A program made the position numbers and the translations under genes. A DNA stretch of 63,044 nt, filler included, from Intoshia linei (taxonomy: Eukaryota > Animalia > Orthonectida), in NCBI GenBank assembly GCA_001642005.1. It is 8 parts of 8 records of this genome, joined end to end, with 100 filler letters (N's around TTAATTAATTAA, not from the genome) between each part and the next. Parts side by side here need not be neighbours in the genome. Positions count along the whole stretch, not along the records: positions 49,803 to 57,974 come from LWCA01001475.1; positions 58,075 to 59,738 come from LWCA01002533.1; positions 59,839 to 61,367 come from LWCA01002584.1; positions 61,468 to 63,044 come from LWCA01002563.1; 4 more parts are not named here. One strand, 5' to 3'. Below, in pieces: positions 51,436 to 63,044 of this stretch; position 1 is the first letter of the stretch; each line of letters begins with the position of its first letter. Below the pieces are notes generated by a model. It had not been told where the DNA came from and made no database searches. It saw nothing but the letters and a program-made list of their open reading frames with translations.

Positions 51436-54241
51436 ATGAAGCGTAGATCTCTTTTACCTACAACAATTGATCCAAACTTGGCTCATTTAGCTTATGGGCA
51501 ATATGCAATAATCAAATTAGTAAAAATTATAATATTTTACAAAATGTTGGTTCTATTTATCATTATATCTGCGATTTCACCAGTTTAATAACAAGTTTGT
51601 ATATTATGTGCACTTAAAAAACATATTTTGAATGAATTTTACCAACATTGCAAAGCATTGTAATAAACATAAAAATGATATATTTGTAATAACAAAGTTG
51701 TAATTTATAGTACTTTGTTGTTGTAGGTTTGTACTAAAATTTTATATAAAGTTATTTTTAATTTTTTAAAAATGAGTGAAATTAAAATGTATTTGAGAAT
51801 GAAAAATTGCGTAGCAATAAAAAAATACACAGAATCGATTATACAGATTTCCATTCATATTTTTTTATTTAAAATGGGTGGACGTTCAATGCACATTTTT
51901 TTTAAAATTGTAGGATGAATATCTACTTTTTAATTTTAATCCAACATTTGAAAATTATTGGTTGATAATATATTAAAAATTATTTTTCACCGGTAATACG
52001 TAGATTTCTGGAGTTAAAATTTTGTATTTATGTCAACTGGAATAAACTATATCAGAATTATCTTTTTTTTAATTCTAGGATCATTAATTATTTCAAATTT
52101 GGTTTTAATAAAATAGTTTGAAAATAAAAAAAAATGAATTTTAAAGTGCTTTTTTGACCATGAAGGCGCCACTTATTCAGATTGATTTTTTTGTGTGTAT
52201 TAACAAGGTATACCTCTACCATCTGTAATTTTTTTAAAATTCTAGGGCTTTTTTCATTTAAAAAAAGGGTAATCTGGGTTTTTGACTGTGAAAATTATTT
52301 TTTTTGAGGTTGCCATTTATGATAATACTTATGAATTTAAAAACTATCCCAGAATTCATGTTGTATACAATTCAAGGACTTTATTAATTTTTACAAAAAA
52401 GGTTAATTTGAGGTTTTGGACGTGAAGATATAAGATTTTAAAATTGAAAATTATCATAATATTGATGAATTAAAACCTTTTATTATAAAATGTATTTTTT
52501 ATAATTCTAAGACGGGTTTGAATTTATAAAAAAAAACAATTGGGTTTTTAATCTTGAAGGACTCATAATCTAAAAATGAAATTTGCAATAAAACAACACT
52601 ATCGAAAAACTGTAATAGAAATATGAAATTTTTAAAAGTAGAATCATTTTACTTTCTTAAATAAACGGGATCAGACAAACAGACATACATTTTAAACTAA
52701 ATTATTTTTTAACCGTTATAAGTAAGGATTATGCATTATAAATTATAATTTAGTATATCAAAAATAATATTAATTCCCTACTACTCATCCCCTCTCGTAA
52801 TGTCTAGAAGCCCATTATCTAGTCATGCTCTTTAATATTGAGTATTTTATTATTTTTATACATAATTTTTTTGAATCGATACTGTAATACTGAACCGTTC
52901 AAATATATTTGTTATAAAGTAAAATTTTAATTTTAATAAATTAGAATAGAGGACTACAGTCATCTGATCTAATAGAAAGGATAAAATCTGTCAATAGTTT
53001 AAGCGAATATCTTCACGACCCTGAACATATCACATTAGCTATAACAGAACGTAATATATTACCAATTTTATAATAATATTTACAATTTAGAGGTACCCAT
53101 AACTCTACAAAACTGTTTATTAGATAAAGACAAAATAATTCGTATAAAAGCGTGTGAATGTTTAAAAATAATATCAAGTAATTTAATAGTTTAATTATTG
53201 CATAATTAAAATTTAAAACATAATTTCTTGACTAATTTGTTGAATCCTCAGGTCACCCAATTGGCAGAAAATCATTTGAAAAATTTGACATTATGCGTTC
53301 AATTTTAAAAGCATTTGACGATGAAGAAGAGAATGTACGATTACATGCCCATGCAAGCATTGAATTAATTTCTCAAAGTCCGCTAAGTAAATTTGACATG
53401 TATTTAAAATTTAAATCATAATCATTTTAGTTCAAAAATTAATAATGAATGATAGTTTGATACCAATATTAGTCAACAAATTGAAACAAGAAACATTACA
53501 AGACATTATAAGCATAATTTTACAATCTCTAAACAAATGTTACAAGTATGATCCAGATCAAGGACTGGACGCTGGTGCTTTAGATATCATTATTGAATTA
53601 ATACAAAGCAAAAACGATGACATTGCGGCAAAATCATTGGAAAATTTAACTGCATTATGGTAATTTATAAATGTCATTTAATATAAATGAATCTGAATTT
53701 AGTATTACCCTCCGGGGAAAGAATTCTTCGACGGACCCAGAAATAATTAAAATTTTAGTTGGTTTACTAAAGCATGGATTTGTAGACGTTCGATGTTATG
53801 CTGCATCTTCTTTAATGATGTAAGTTTGAGAGATCATTCTTCATAAATTCTAACTAATCATAAAGATTTCTATACAAATGTAGGTTTATATTAATTTAGG
53901 ATTGCAATGACTACACCTGGAAAATACGCCATAATCGCTCAAAAAGGAATTGAAAACTTATTAATTTTATTAAAAGATGATTTAGATGAAATAAAAACAT
54001 ATGCCCTCAAGGTACTACAGATTGAAAATGTCATGAATTGCTTTTATAAATGTTTTAGGGGCTGACATGTTTATGTGAAGCACCCAAAGCAAGAAAAACT
54101 TTGATATCACACTTGGAAAAGGTAAGTCAAGTTTTCAATACATTTATAAATAATTAGTTTCAAGCATTGAAAGAAAGCTCTAATGAAACAGTGGCAAAGG
54201 CAGCAAATATAGCGATTAAAACAATAATATGGAAACCTTGA
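51436..54241 (+). CDS. RSPH14: Radial spoke head protein 14 homolog (ARM/HEAT repeats)
   Basis: Nine in-frame exons (51436-51519, 52945-53050, 53091-53177, 53252-53385, 53431-53659, 53703-53819, 53900-54011, 54059-54121, 54158-54241). LPTTIDPNLAHLAYGQYAIIKL-NRGLQSSDL...YLHDPE, TTPGKY, LTCLCEAPKAR and terminal IIWKP* match RSPH14/RTDR1. Confidence 0.9.
51650..52728 (-). mobile_element. Helitron-like copy in RSPH14 intron 1
   Basis: Family body; 5' TCCTTACTTATAA at 52728. Confidence 0.7.
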
Positions 54242-54318
54242 ATATACGAAATTTAATTAAAATTATATTTTATTCTAGCAATTGATAAGAATTGCTCATT
54301 TTCATTTTCGTTTAAGAT

Positions 54319-55085
54319 TTATTTTTTTTTGAAATACTTTTTTAAAGTCTTTTTAACATGAAATTTATGCTTTCCAGATTTGTGATCCTTGGAATCATGT
54401 TCATTGGACTGTTGAGACATTATACATTCTACAACCCAAGTAAAAATCTACTTGAATTAAAAATATTTAATAAACGTGAAATATACAACCTGGTTAATAT
54501 TATTGTCATTTTTAGCAGAACATTCCATAAATTTTGTATCAAAATTTTCCGCCATTTTACGACCATCCTCAGACAATAAAAATCTAAACTCTTCCTTATC
54601 ACTCTTATTTGCTGCAATGCATATTGGAGGCTGAATCGTATTGTCGGTAGGGCATTTTATTCTTTTAATTTGTTCACTAGAAATTAAAGGTTTTATGTTT
54701 ATTTTATAAATATTTACTAAATGCTGTTTAATCGGTCTAAAGATTCCTTGTCATCTACAGCGTATACTAAAATAAACCCCTCACTGTTTCTGATGTATGG
54801 ATCTTTTAATGATTCGTGATCTTCTTGCCCAGCCGTATCCAAAATCTCTAGAAAACAATCAGTTCCATTTACATTTAATTTTCTTTCGTAAGAATCAGCT
54901 GTCGTGGGTATATATTCTTCGTCATACTAAATTATGTGCAATTTATTCCATCTTAATTTGTACCGTATTGTATTTAAATCGTTTAGTTATAGCAGATTTT
55001 CCAACACCACCTATACCACATAAAGATATCTAGATATTTGTAATAATTTATTTGCAGTAGTTACCTTGTACGTTTTACTAGTCAT
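54319..55085 (-). CDS. Ras-family small GTPase (Ral/Rit-like, no CAAX box)
   Basis: Five exons (55065-55085, 54964-55029, 54718-54926, 54490-54676, 54319-54447). G1 GIGGVGKS, G2 YIPTTADSY, G3 DTAGQE, G4 NKSD, G5 CSAK; ends VKKTLKKYFKKK*. Confidence 0.93.
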
Positions 55086-55579
55086 GTTAAATCCTGTTTA
55101 CATTAGGTTGTTTACCAACATTGAGGTATCAATATACTTGGCCACTATTATATATTAACAAAACATGGTTTATTATCACAAAAAGTATAGTTTATTACCA
55201 GTGTCGGCTCGTCATAGAGGGCTGCAGCCCTTCAAGAATTTTGACCAATTAAAAAAAAATTATATACAAGATTATAATTTTATATTACAATTCAATACAT
55301 GCAACTCAATTTGTAATTTCTATTGAAAATTTAATACTATGGGCTGCACTGTTTGCAACCCACGAGTAGTGAATTTCAGTATGTAGCTTACACATTGAAA
55401 TTCACAATTTCAACAGTGTAATAGCCATATTAAAATTCAATGACACATAATTTGTAATTTCTATTGACAATTTTAATCACACTGTCACTGAAGAGTTGGT
55501 GATTTATCTACTAATTTATCTTAAGTTGGAAAAAAAGGTACTACTATTTGGAAAATCCACGACAGGAAAGTGTCCAGAA

Positions 55580-56275
55580 TCCTTACTTATACTAAATTTG
55601 TATAATATGAGTTGCAATATTTGTTTTTCTGTGTTACCGTTTATTTCAATAACTACCAATCTTAGAATTTTATAAAGTTCACATTTCAATTACAGTTTTT
55701 TCAGGGGTTTTGAAAAAATAAATTTCAACCTCCCAAACTCACATCTTACGGGTCAAAAAGCCCAATTGTCCTTTTTTGAAAATCAAACGAATTCGAAAAT
55801 TTAAAAAAATATATACTACATGTATGATACGGATTTTAAAATCATAAATTCAAATTTCAAAAAAATATATGACCAAGATTTTGGTATAATTATTATATTA
55901 TTAGGCCAAAACCCCAAATTACCCTTTTTTTTAATAAAATTTGATTATAATTAGAATTTAAAAAAATTTACAGGTGGTACAGTTGTACCCTGTTAATACA
56001 CACCAAAAAAATTAGTTATATCCTGTTAACATCCACAAAAAATTTCAATCCGAATAAGTGACGACTTCACGGTCAAAAAGCACTTTAGTATTCATATTTT
56101 TTTTTCAAAATATTTTATTAAAATAAAAAATGTGAAATAATTAAAATAAAAGATTATTCTGATAGAGCTTATTTCAGTTGATATAAACACAAAACTTCAA
56201 TCCGAGAAATCTATGCATTCCCGGTGAAAAATAATTTTTAATATATTATAAACCAATATTTTTCAAATATTTCTA
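55580..56275 (+). mobile_element. Helitron-like family copy (5' part)
   Basis: A|TCCTTACTTATA start and family body. Confidence 0.7.
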
Positions 56276-56625
56276 AAAACATTAATATCTGTAAAATCAA
56301 AATTGAGATTACATCTACAAATTCTGCAATAAATATTAAAAATAAACAAAAGTTGATCAAATTTTTTCTATATTTTAATCTCACAGGCTCCAGGCATATA
56401 ATTTTTAACCCCAATCGGGAATCATTAAGTAAAATTAAATTTTAATGTATACTGTCTTCATTATTTATAAAAAATTCCGTTAACGGGAATGTTTTTCAAA
56501 AAAAAGTTTCTTTTCAGGCTCAGTTATTCCGGTAACAAGGAATTAGCCTGTATGACCAATTTAATTAATTAAAATATTTAATTTTACATAATAAGTTCAA
56601 GTACATGCATAAATTTTAAAATTAA

Positions 56626-57188
56626 TTAACTAGAGTATAGATCGTTTCGAGAGTTAAAATCTGGTTCGGTTGTAGGCATTCTCTGTAAAACTTCATCGAG
56701 GAGTTGCAAAGCACGATGCAAATGCACTTCTATCCAACAAGGTGTTTCTTTTATATCTACACGTGGATAGTCTGAACCCCATCCCTTAACAAAACTGAAA
56801 CGTAGGATACACAATTTCCGTAAATCGTCCACTCCAGCACCAGACATGGCTGTCATGTCTAAAATTTAATATATTTAAAAAAAATACTAATTAAAAACCT
56901 TGTAAACAGTTTTCACTAGAATTTAAACCAGCCACTGCAGCTGCATGAACAAGGGCAGAAGCGTGCGAGTGAGCAGTTATACTGTTCATTTGAGATAGGC
57001 AGTATTGTAAATCAAATACTTTAATATAAGCCGATGGGTAAATTTTATGTACAGCATCTCCAGGTTGTCTGCCAGCATCGAAATCCAAAAAGTAAGATTG
57101 AACAAAAACGCTATGTTCGCACATAACTTTAAGCCAAACGTCGCCTTCGTTTCTTTTTTCAAGCTTAACACCCGGTCCAATATGTATT
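56626..57188 (-). CDS. SMAD4: Smad4/Medea co-Smad, last two exons of MH2 domain (5' part missing or in gap)
   Basis: Exons 56899-57188 and 56626-56858: [86 protein letters not shown]. Confidence 0.96.
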
Positions 57189-58193
57189 CTAAATATTACA
57201 TTATTACATTACATTAAATATTACAAATAAAATTAAATATTAAATCTTCCTAGATAATCTACAGGCGTTTCGAAAATTAATTTTTTCTAACTGTTAAATC
57301 CAAACAAATTTCTGATAGATCAAAAAATAACTCGTTTAGACGTATATAACCATAATATCCCATAAATAGTTGACTAATTAATTCATTCATTCACTAATTT
57401 TCACAAATATATAATTTATTTTGAGTATAGTAAAGACTTAGAAATTCAATGCGTTAACACGTGAAATTGATGGGGAAAAATATTTATATTTTTTTAATTT
57501 TTGTTAATAAACGTAGTTTATAATTTTAGTAATTTAAAATTAGGAGGCGTCACATAAAAAAATTAAGTGAAATTAAATTTTTTTTAAGATATAGAATTCT
57601 AATTATCTATATACAGTCAGATTCGTCAATAATGAACGTTAAATGTCGGATTTTTGGCACATTCATTATTAAACAATTTGGTGATTTAATGAACATTTTA
57701 AGAAATATCTGAACAATGAAGTTTATTTCATCATAATATACGTAATCAAGTCTAATTCGTCAATAATTAACGGCAAACTTCATGCGATGGACACATTCAT
57801 TAATTATTTCGGGGATTTAATCAACATTTCGAATTAAAGGGATACCTTTTTAAAAACTGTACCAATTTATGAACCAAAAATTGTAGATTTGTAAGAAAGC
57901 CAATGTTTTAAAAAACGTGTATATCTATTATATCCGATAGACCAGTGATTCACACCGTAGTCCATAATTAACAANNNNNNNNNNNNNNNNNNNNNNNNNN
58001 NNNNNNNNNNNNNNNNNNTTAATTAATTAANNNNNNNNNNNNNNNNNNNNNNNNNNNNNNNNNNNNNNNNNNNNAGGTGAACTCGTTAGAATTAAACATT
58101 ACATGCAATTTTAATTAACAACCTAATTTGTATTTATAATACAAATTTTTCGCAAAGTAAATTAATTAAGCGAATATATTATCGTTCGAATAC

Positions 58194-58379
58194 ATGAATA
58201 TTAAAAAAAGATGCCGTTATTATTTTATTGATTATTTGAAATGTGGAGTTATTCCTTCATCAAATAATATACAACTTCCAATGTGTTTAATATGCGAAAA
58301 AGTATTATTATGCTTAACAAATATCGCTCTTGATATTGAAAAATTATCAAATAGTCATCAATATCAGGGTAGGCATTAA
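58194..58379 (+). mobile_element. Internally deleted hAT (Buster/Charlie) transposase remnant
   Basis: BED-like N-terminus KKRCRYYFIDYLKCGVI..PMCLICEKVL fused directly to the typical C-terminus LTNIALDIEKL..HQYQGRH. Confidence 0.75.
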
Positions 58380-59529
58380 TAATAAATTTCATCTTTTCTT
58401 TGTAAATCTTAAACATTTATAATTTCATGATTCCATTTAATATTTCAAATTTGTTACATTCATTTTTTATAATATATTTTTCTTTTTTTTACATACTCAG
58501 TTTTTATCGTATTATTTGTATATATTATTTTCACGATCCATCAAATTAAAAAAATAATCTTAAATTTTTTTTGCATATTTCTTAAGATATCAAAAAAACA
58601 ATTATTAATTGCTTTTTTTATTGTATTTCGTATCAACTCTACTGTTATAAAAATTTCTGCATAACATGCATGCACATTAGGAGTGTAAGTTTTTGCAATT
58701 TTTTTCGAAAATGCAAAAGTACACCCACACACGTTAAGGATCCGGTTGAGTAGTACACAATTAAAAAAAAATATTAAAAAAGGATTAAAAAAAACGTTGG
58801 GGTTGAGCACTTCAAAATTTGAATAATTGTCATCACAATTAATTTTTAATTTTTGTGAAATCGGTTAAATTGAAGTTTCTCAATAAAATCTAATTAATTA
58901 TCAAATCAGCATTTATGCTTCGCTACAATGTACGATTGTGCATTTTTTGAAACTAATAATATAAGAATCGATCAATGGTAACTAATTGAAAATTAATTTT
59001 TTATCTAACACGAATATATATTTATTTTTTTGAAATTTTGTGATTTTAATTTTACAGCATTTTAATATTTTTCAATAATTGACTTTTTAAATATTATAAT
59101 GTACATATGATTAGATTTATTGTTTTGTAATGCGTACAAACGTGGATAGCTCTATTGAGGCAACATATTTTTATTTTTTTAATATAATATTGAAGTTTCA
59201 ACTGATATGAATAGAATTGAAAATAACGAATAAAATTAAGGTTTATCAATTTAATAAGTTCGATTCGTTACTTTAGTTAAAAGTAAAATTTGGAGATTAT
59301 AAAGGTGCTACAATTAACCTCTATATGAATTACAAGTGATTTCCTTATTAGTTTTTACTCCTTTCTAAATATTGGAATATTCAAACGTCTTATATTTAAA
59401 AAACTAATGAAAAATTTTTAATAAAATTGGGTTAAACTTGAGACGATCGATAAATTTTTATTAACATAATACTAATAAAATAATGTAATTGCCAGTCTAG
59501 TACAGTATATAATAAACAAATATCATTAT

Positions 59530-59738
59530 GAAAAAGATTTATTGAAATAAATGAGAAATTTGGTAGCAATATCCTTGAGATGCCTATCCGCAAATTTTTC
59601 TAAGCTGGAAAATGCTCGTTCGCATATCTCGTTGGTCATTTCCACATTTAGTAAAGGTTGCGTTTCAATAGCAAGATGTCTTTTGTAGCAATCCAATACT
59701 TTACCATTGCATTTTGGTTTAAGCTTTTTTATAGCAGT
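59530..59738 (-). mobile_element. Possible transposase C-terminal remnant
   Basis: TNEICERAFSSL resembles the hAT dimerisation motif; truncated by a gap. Confidence 0.4.
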
Positions 59739-60719
59739 NNNNNNNNNNNNNNNNNNNNNNNNNNNNNNNNNNNNNNNNNNNNTTAATTAATTAANNNNNN
59801 NNNNNNNNNNNNNNNNNNNNNNNNNNNNNNNNNNNNNNGAATAGAATTTATAATTTCACTATTATGGAAAAATAGTCTCGATGCAATCCCGCAACACTGT
59901 ATAAATCCATATTGATTCTATAATTAAATCTATACTGTATATAATACTTAATATTACAAAGGATTTATCAATATATCCAACAAACCGACTATTGAGGTCA
60001 ATATTTGCAATTTGTTTCAAATTATGCACTAATGATTTATTCAAATTATTTCTAAGATTAACACCATTTTGATATTTATTATGCATTTCTTTTTTTATTT
60101 TTAATTGCTTGACTATTTGAGCATCATTTTTAATATAATCAAAATCCGACATTATTATTGGAATTTTATTTTAATTTTTTTGAATTATGCGTTATTTTAA
60201 TGAAAAAATTTGCCATTAATTGGTATCCAAAATAAAAAATTGAATCAAGTTTTATTTTTCAGTTTTTTAATTACAATTTCACTCAAATAAGATGTATTGA
60301 TTTTTTTCTTGGTGGCCATTTTAATTTCTGTTGTATTTATACTTTCTTGGTCAGATGCATAAATTCCATTTGATTGCAAAATTGAATACGTAATCATTGG
60401 TTTATAGTTACTAAATTAACATTATAAATGAGAATATGCTTAAATCCAACCATTTTTAATAAAATCATCTTTTACCAAACCTTAAGGGAAAAATCCATAA
60501 CTTTATATTATAAAAAATTTATAAAACTGTATAAAAATAATAATTAAATTGTTCTTTGGATTTTTATTTAATTTTCGTTATAAACTTCACAAATTACTAT
60601 TTTTTAAAGTGTAATATTTTCGATCTTTATTTAAATTGTTTATGTAATTTTATAAATCTTGCGTATTACATATTTATTATTATTCACAGTAACCCATATA
60701 ATACATAAAATATAAATCT

Positions 60720-61121
60720 TTTTTTAATTGTAGCACCATTAATTATTTCAAATTTTTTGTTTTAATAAAATAGTTTCGAATTGAAAAAAATGATTACTAA
60801 AGTGTTTTTTTGACCGTGAAGGCGTCACTTTATAAGATTGAAATTTTTTGTGTGTGTTAACTGGATATAACTGTATCGCCCGTAATTTTTTTTAAATTCT
60901 AGGACGGGTTTGAATTTAAAAAACAATGACAATTATAGTTTTTAACCTTGAAGGACGAAAATTTCTGAAATTGAAATTAGCAATACATTACTCTGGAAAA
61001 ATTGTAATAAGAATATGGTATTTGTAAAACTCGATTCACCTTACTTTTTTAAATAAACTGGAATAAATGAACAAATAAACAGACATAAATTTTTAACCAT
61101 TTCACTTTATATAAGTAAGGA
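60720..61121 (-). mobile_element. Short Helitron-like family copy
   Basis: 5' TCCTTACTTATATAA at 61121 and family body. Confidence 0.65.
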
Positions 61122-61491
61122 TTGACTATTTTATAAGTGAGTAATTAAATTATTATAATTATACCAGTTAATGTTTGATGTATAAAATTTTTCATGTTTG
61201 AGACATGGATCTTTAATAATAACCATCTTTATAAATAATGGAAAGCTATGCATCAACTTTAAAACGTTTGCTTTTGACCAATAAATCTATTTTTTTAATT
61301 CAAATAAAATACGTAATATACATTTATATATATTAGTACAGTACACTCTCAAAAAGTGATCACTTTTNNNNNNNNNNNNNNNNNNNNNNNNNNNNNNNNN
61401 NNNNNNNNNNNTTAATTAATTAANNNNNNNNNNNNNNNNNNNNNNNNNNNNNNNNNNNNNNNNNNNNCGTTATATGCCTCAAAAAATAGCT

Positions 61492-61956
61492 TCATGTCTT
61501 CAGAATGCAACTTATTGAGTAATTGAGGAAATTTGATGTGTCAAATGCTATTGATACACAAGTGATATCTTCCAATTTAGATAAAATTTTTTGAAAATAA
61601 TGAGGATATAAAGCTTTGTTTACTATTGAAGAACTTTTAGTTTGACAACAGTTAATATTGACATTAAACATTTTATGCAATAATTTGCTTGTGCAATCCA
61701 AAGATCTAAAGGACTGATCGTGACGTATGGTATGATAAACCAATGCACCCTGCCTGGCTGCTAACATATATTCTTCTTCAATGTCAGAAGAATTCTTCGA
61801 ACATTTGATAAAATGTTTTTTAATAATTGTACTCCCATTATTGATATATTTTAATTTTTGATTACACACTTTGCACTTTTCGTATTCTTCGTCAATTTTT
61901 TCAAATTTAAAACTATTGTTTCAAGATTCATTGTAAAGATATTTATTTTTTGGCAT
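61492..61956 (-). mobile_element. hAT-superfamily transposase N-terminal remnant
   Basis: CKVC..H zinc-finger-like segment, then GALVYHTIRHDQSFRSLDC..CCQTK..IV..LYP..SIAFDTSN; in-frame stop near the start. Confidence 0.7.
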
Positions 61957-62537
61957 AATTAAAAAATATAAACGATATAAAGTATGGATTAATATAAATA
62001 TAATGAAAATATAAATCAGACAAATTTAAAGACGATTATATTATTCACCATAGAAAAAATAGCATATTACCGGAGAATAAACAATATTTAATTTAGATAA
62101 TGAATATTACAGGAAAATATAGCATATTACCATTTTCCGTTAAAATTAAACATCTAAATTCGGTATTTTTCAAATTACGAAGAAAACATCAGTATAATTA
62201 AAACTCAGTTTAAAAAAATCAAACGCATTCATTATTTTCTTAATTAACTAATTAATTGAAGTTATTTATTTATTTACAAAGATTTACTGAATTATAAACG
62301 CTTGTTTGGCCTTTTTAGCTCTACCACACTTTTTTTTCTGACCCAATAAAATTGATTTTGCCTCTTCATCTTCGGTAGTCAAATTTAGTAAAAGGGAGAT
62401 CGCTACAATATGGAGGAAATTAAATTTTTTCATATAATATTGATATGTAAATTTTCATGACATATTTCTATCATAATGGTCGATTTCGTTTCTATAAAAT
62501 ACTTATCAAAAGCATATTCGATTTGATTTACCACTTT

Positions 62538-63044
62538 TTAAACAAAAAATCTCGTTTTATTTGAGTTCATTGTAAATTTCGTCTTGTTAGCCTTGAATTC
62601 TATTGCTTTAATCCAGGTATCTCTACGTATAGTTGGTGTCAAAGAAATATCTTTTTTGTTTATATTTGTAGGGCATCTTTCATACGAATACTTGGCAAGC
62701 AATGTCTTTCGAAAGCTGAATTTTATTAATATCTGACCGAATATCATTAAAATGTGATTTTGGAATCTTTTTATCGATGTTTATGCAAACGTGAGCCCAG
62801 AACATAATGATTTTAATATCAATTTATTTTTTTTGCAGCAGTTCTGATGGCATCAGATCCATCTGCCACAATGTACGCTGGGGTGAAGTTAATATTTATT
62901 TTAAGAATACCGAAAACATGTGCAAACGTGGTTTCTGTCTCGTCACTTGATACAAATATAGATATTAAATGGAACTTTCTATCGTAATCATAAATCCACA
63001 TACAAGTACAGGAAATCCATTCCACAGTAATTTATACGTGGCAT
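62538..63044 (-). mobile_element. Mutator/MULE transposase remnant
   Basis: DYDRKFHLISIFVSSDETETTF...FTPAYIVADGSDAIRTA and a frameshifted MFWAHV, typical of the MULE DDE domain; contains stops. Confidence 0.75.

Noticed and set aside
56626-56640. Smad4 ending in YSS as a gained R-Smad phosphorylation motif
   Set aside because: Does not fit SSxS/SxS; all other motifs are co-Smad.
59862-60152. 96-aa minus-strand ORF beside a gap
   Set aside because: No recognisable domain or splice context; may be a gene fragment but cannot be supported.
1-63044. tRNA, rRNA or prokaryotic defence systems
   Set aside because: None recognised by eye; the sequence is spliceosomal-intron-rich metazoan DNA.

Overview
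Very AT-rich eukaryotic (metazoan) draft scaffold with minimal GT-AG introns of about 35-45 nt and long introns filled with DNA transposons. Seven 100-nt gaps (N44-TTAATTAATTAA-N44) are artificial linkers. Genes reconstructed by hand: a 3'-partial Slo1/BK Ca2+-activated K+ channel (17 exons, 17951->381, minus); the last exon of an ACSBG-type acyl-CoA synthetase; a CUB-CUB single-pass membrane protein; a GPI-anchored EGF/furin-like Cys-rich surface protein; RSPH14; a CAAX-less Ras-family GTPase; the 3' end of Smad4/Medea; and several orphan ORFs. Mobile DNA includes an abundant non-autonomous Helitron-like family, hAT MITEs, and mariner, Tc1/Tc3, piggyBac, Chapaev3-like, Buster and MULE remnants. 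The most unusual region is Slo1 intron 10 (3380-7720). It carries a same-strand, intronless ORF with seven hydrophobic segments starting about 100 nt after the splice donor. It also carries an 88-bp inverted copy (80/88 identical) of the 3' end of Slo1 exon 9 plus its donor site, which could fold back on the pre-mRNA. The channel shows substitutions at the RCK1 Mg2+ ligand (E374->Q) and the S6 hinge (G311->T; mouse numbering from recall). The genome style resembles a compact-genome parasite such as the orthonectid Intoshia linei, but that is a guess.
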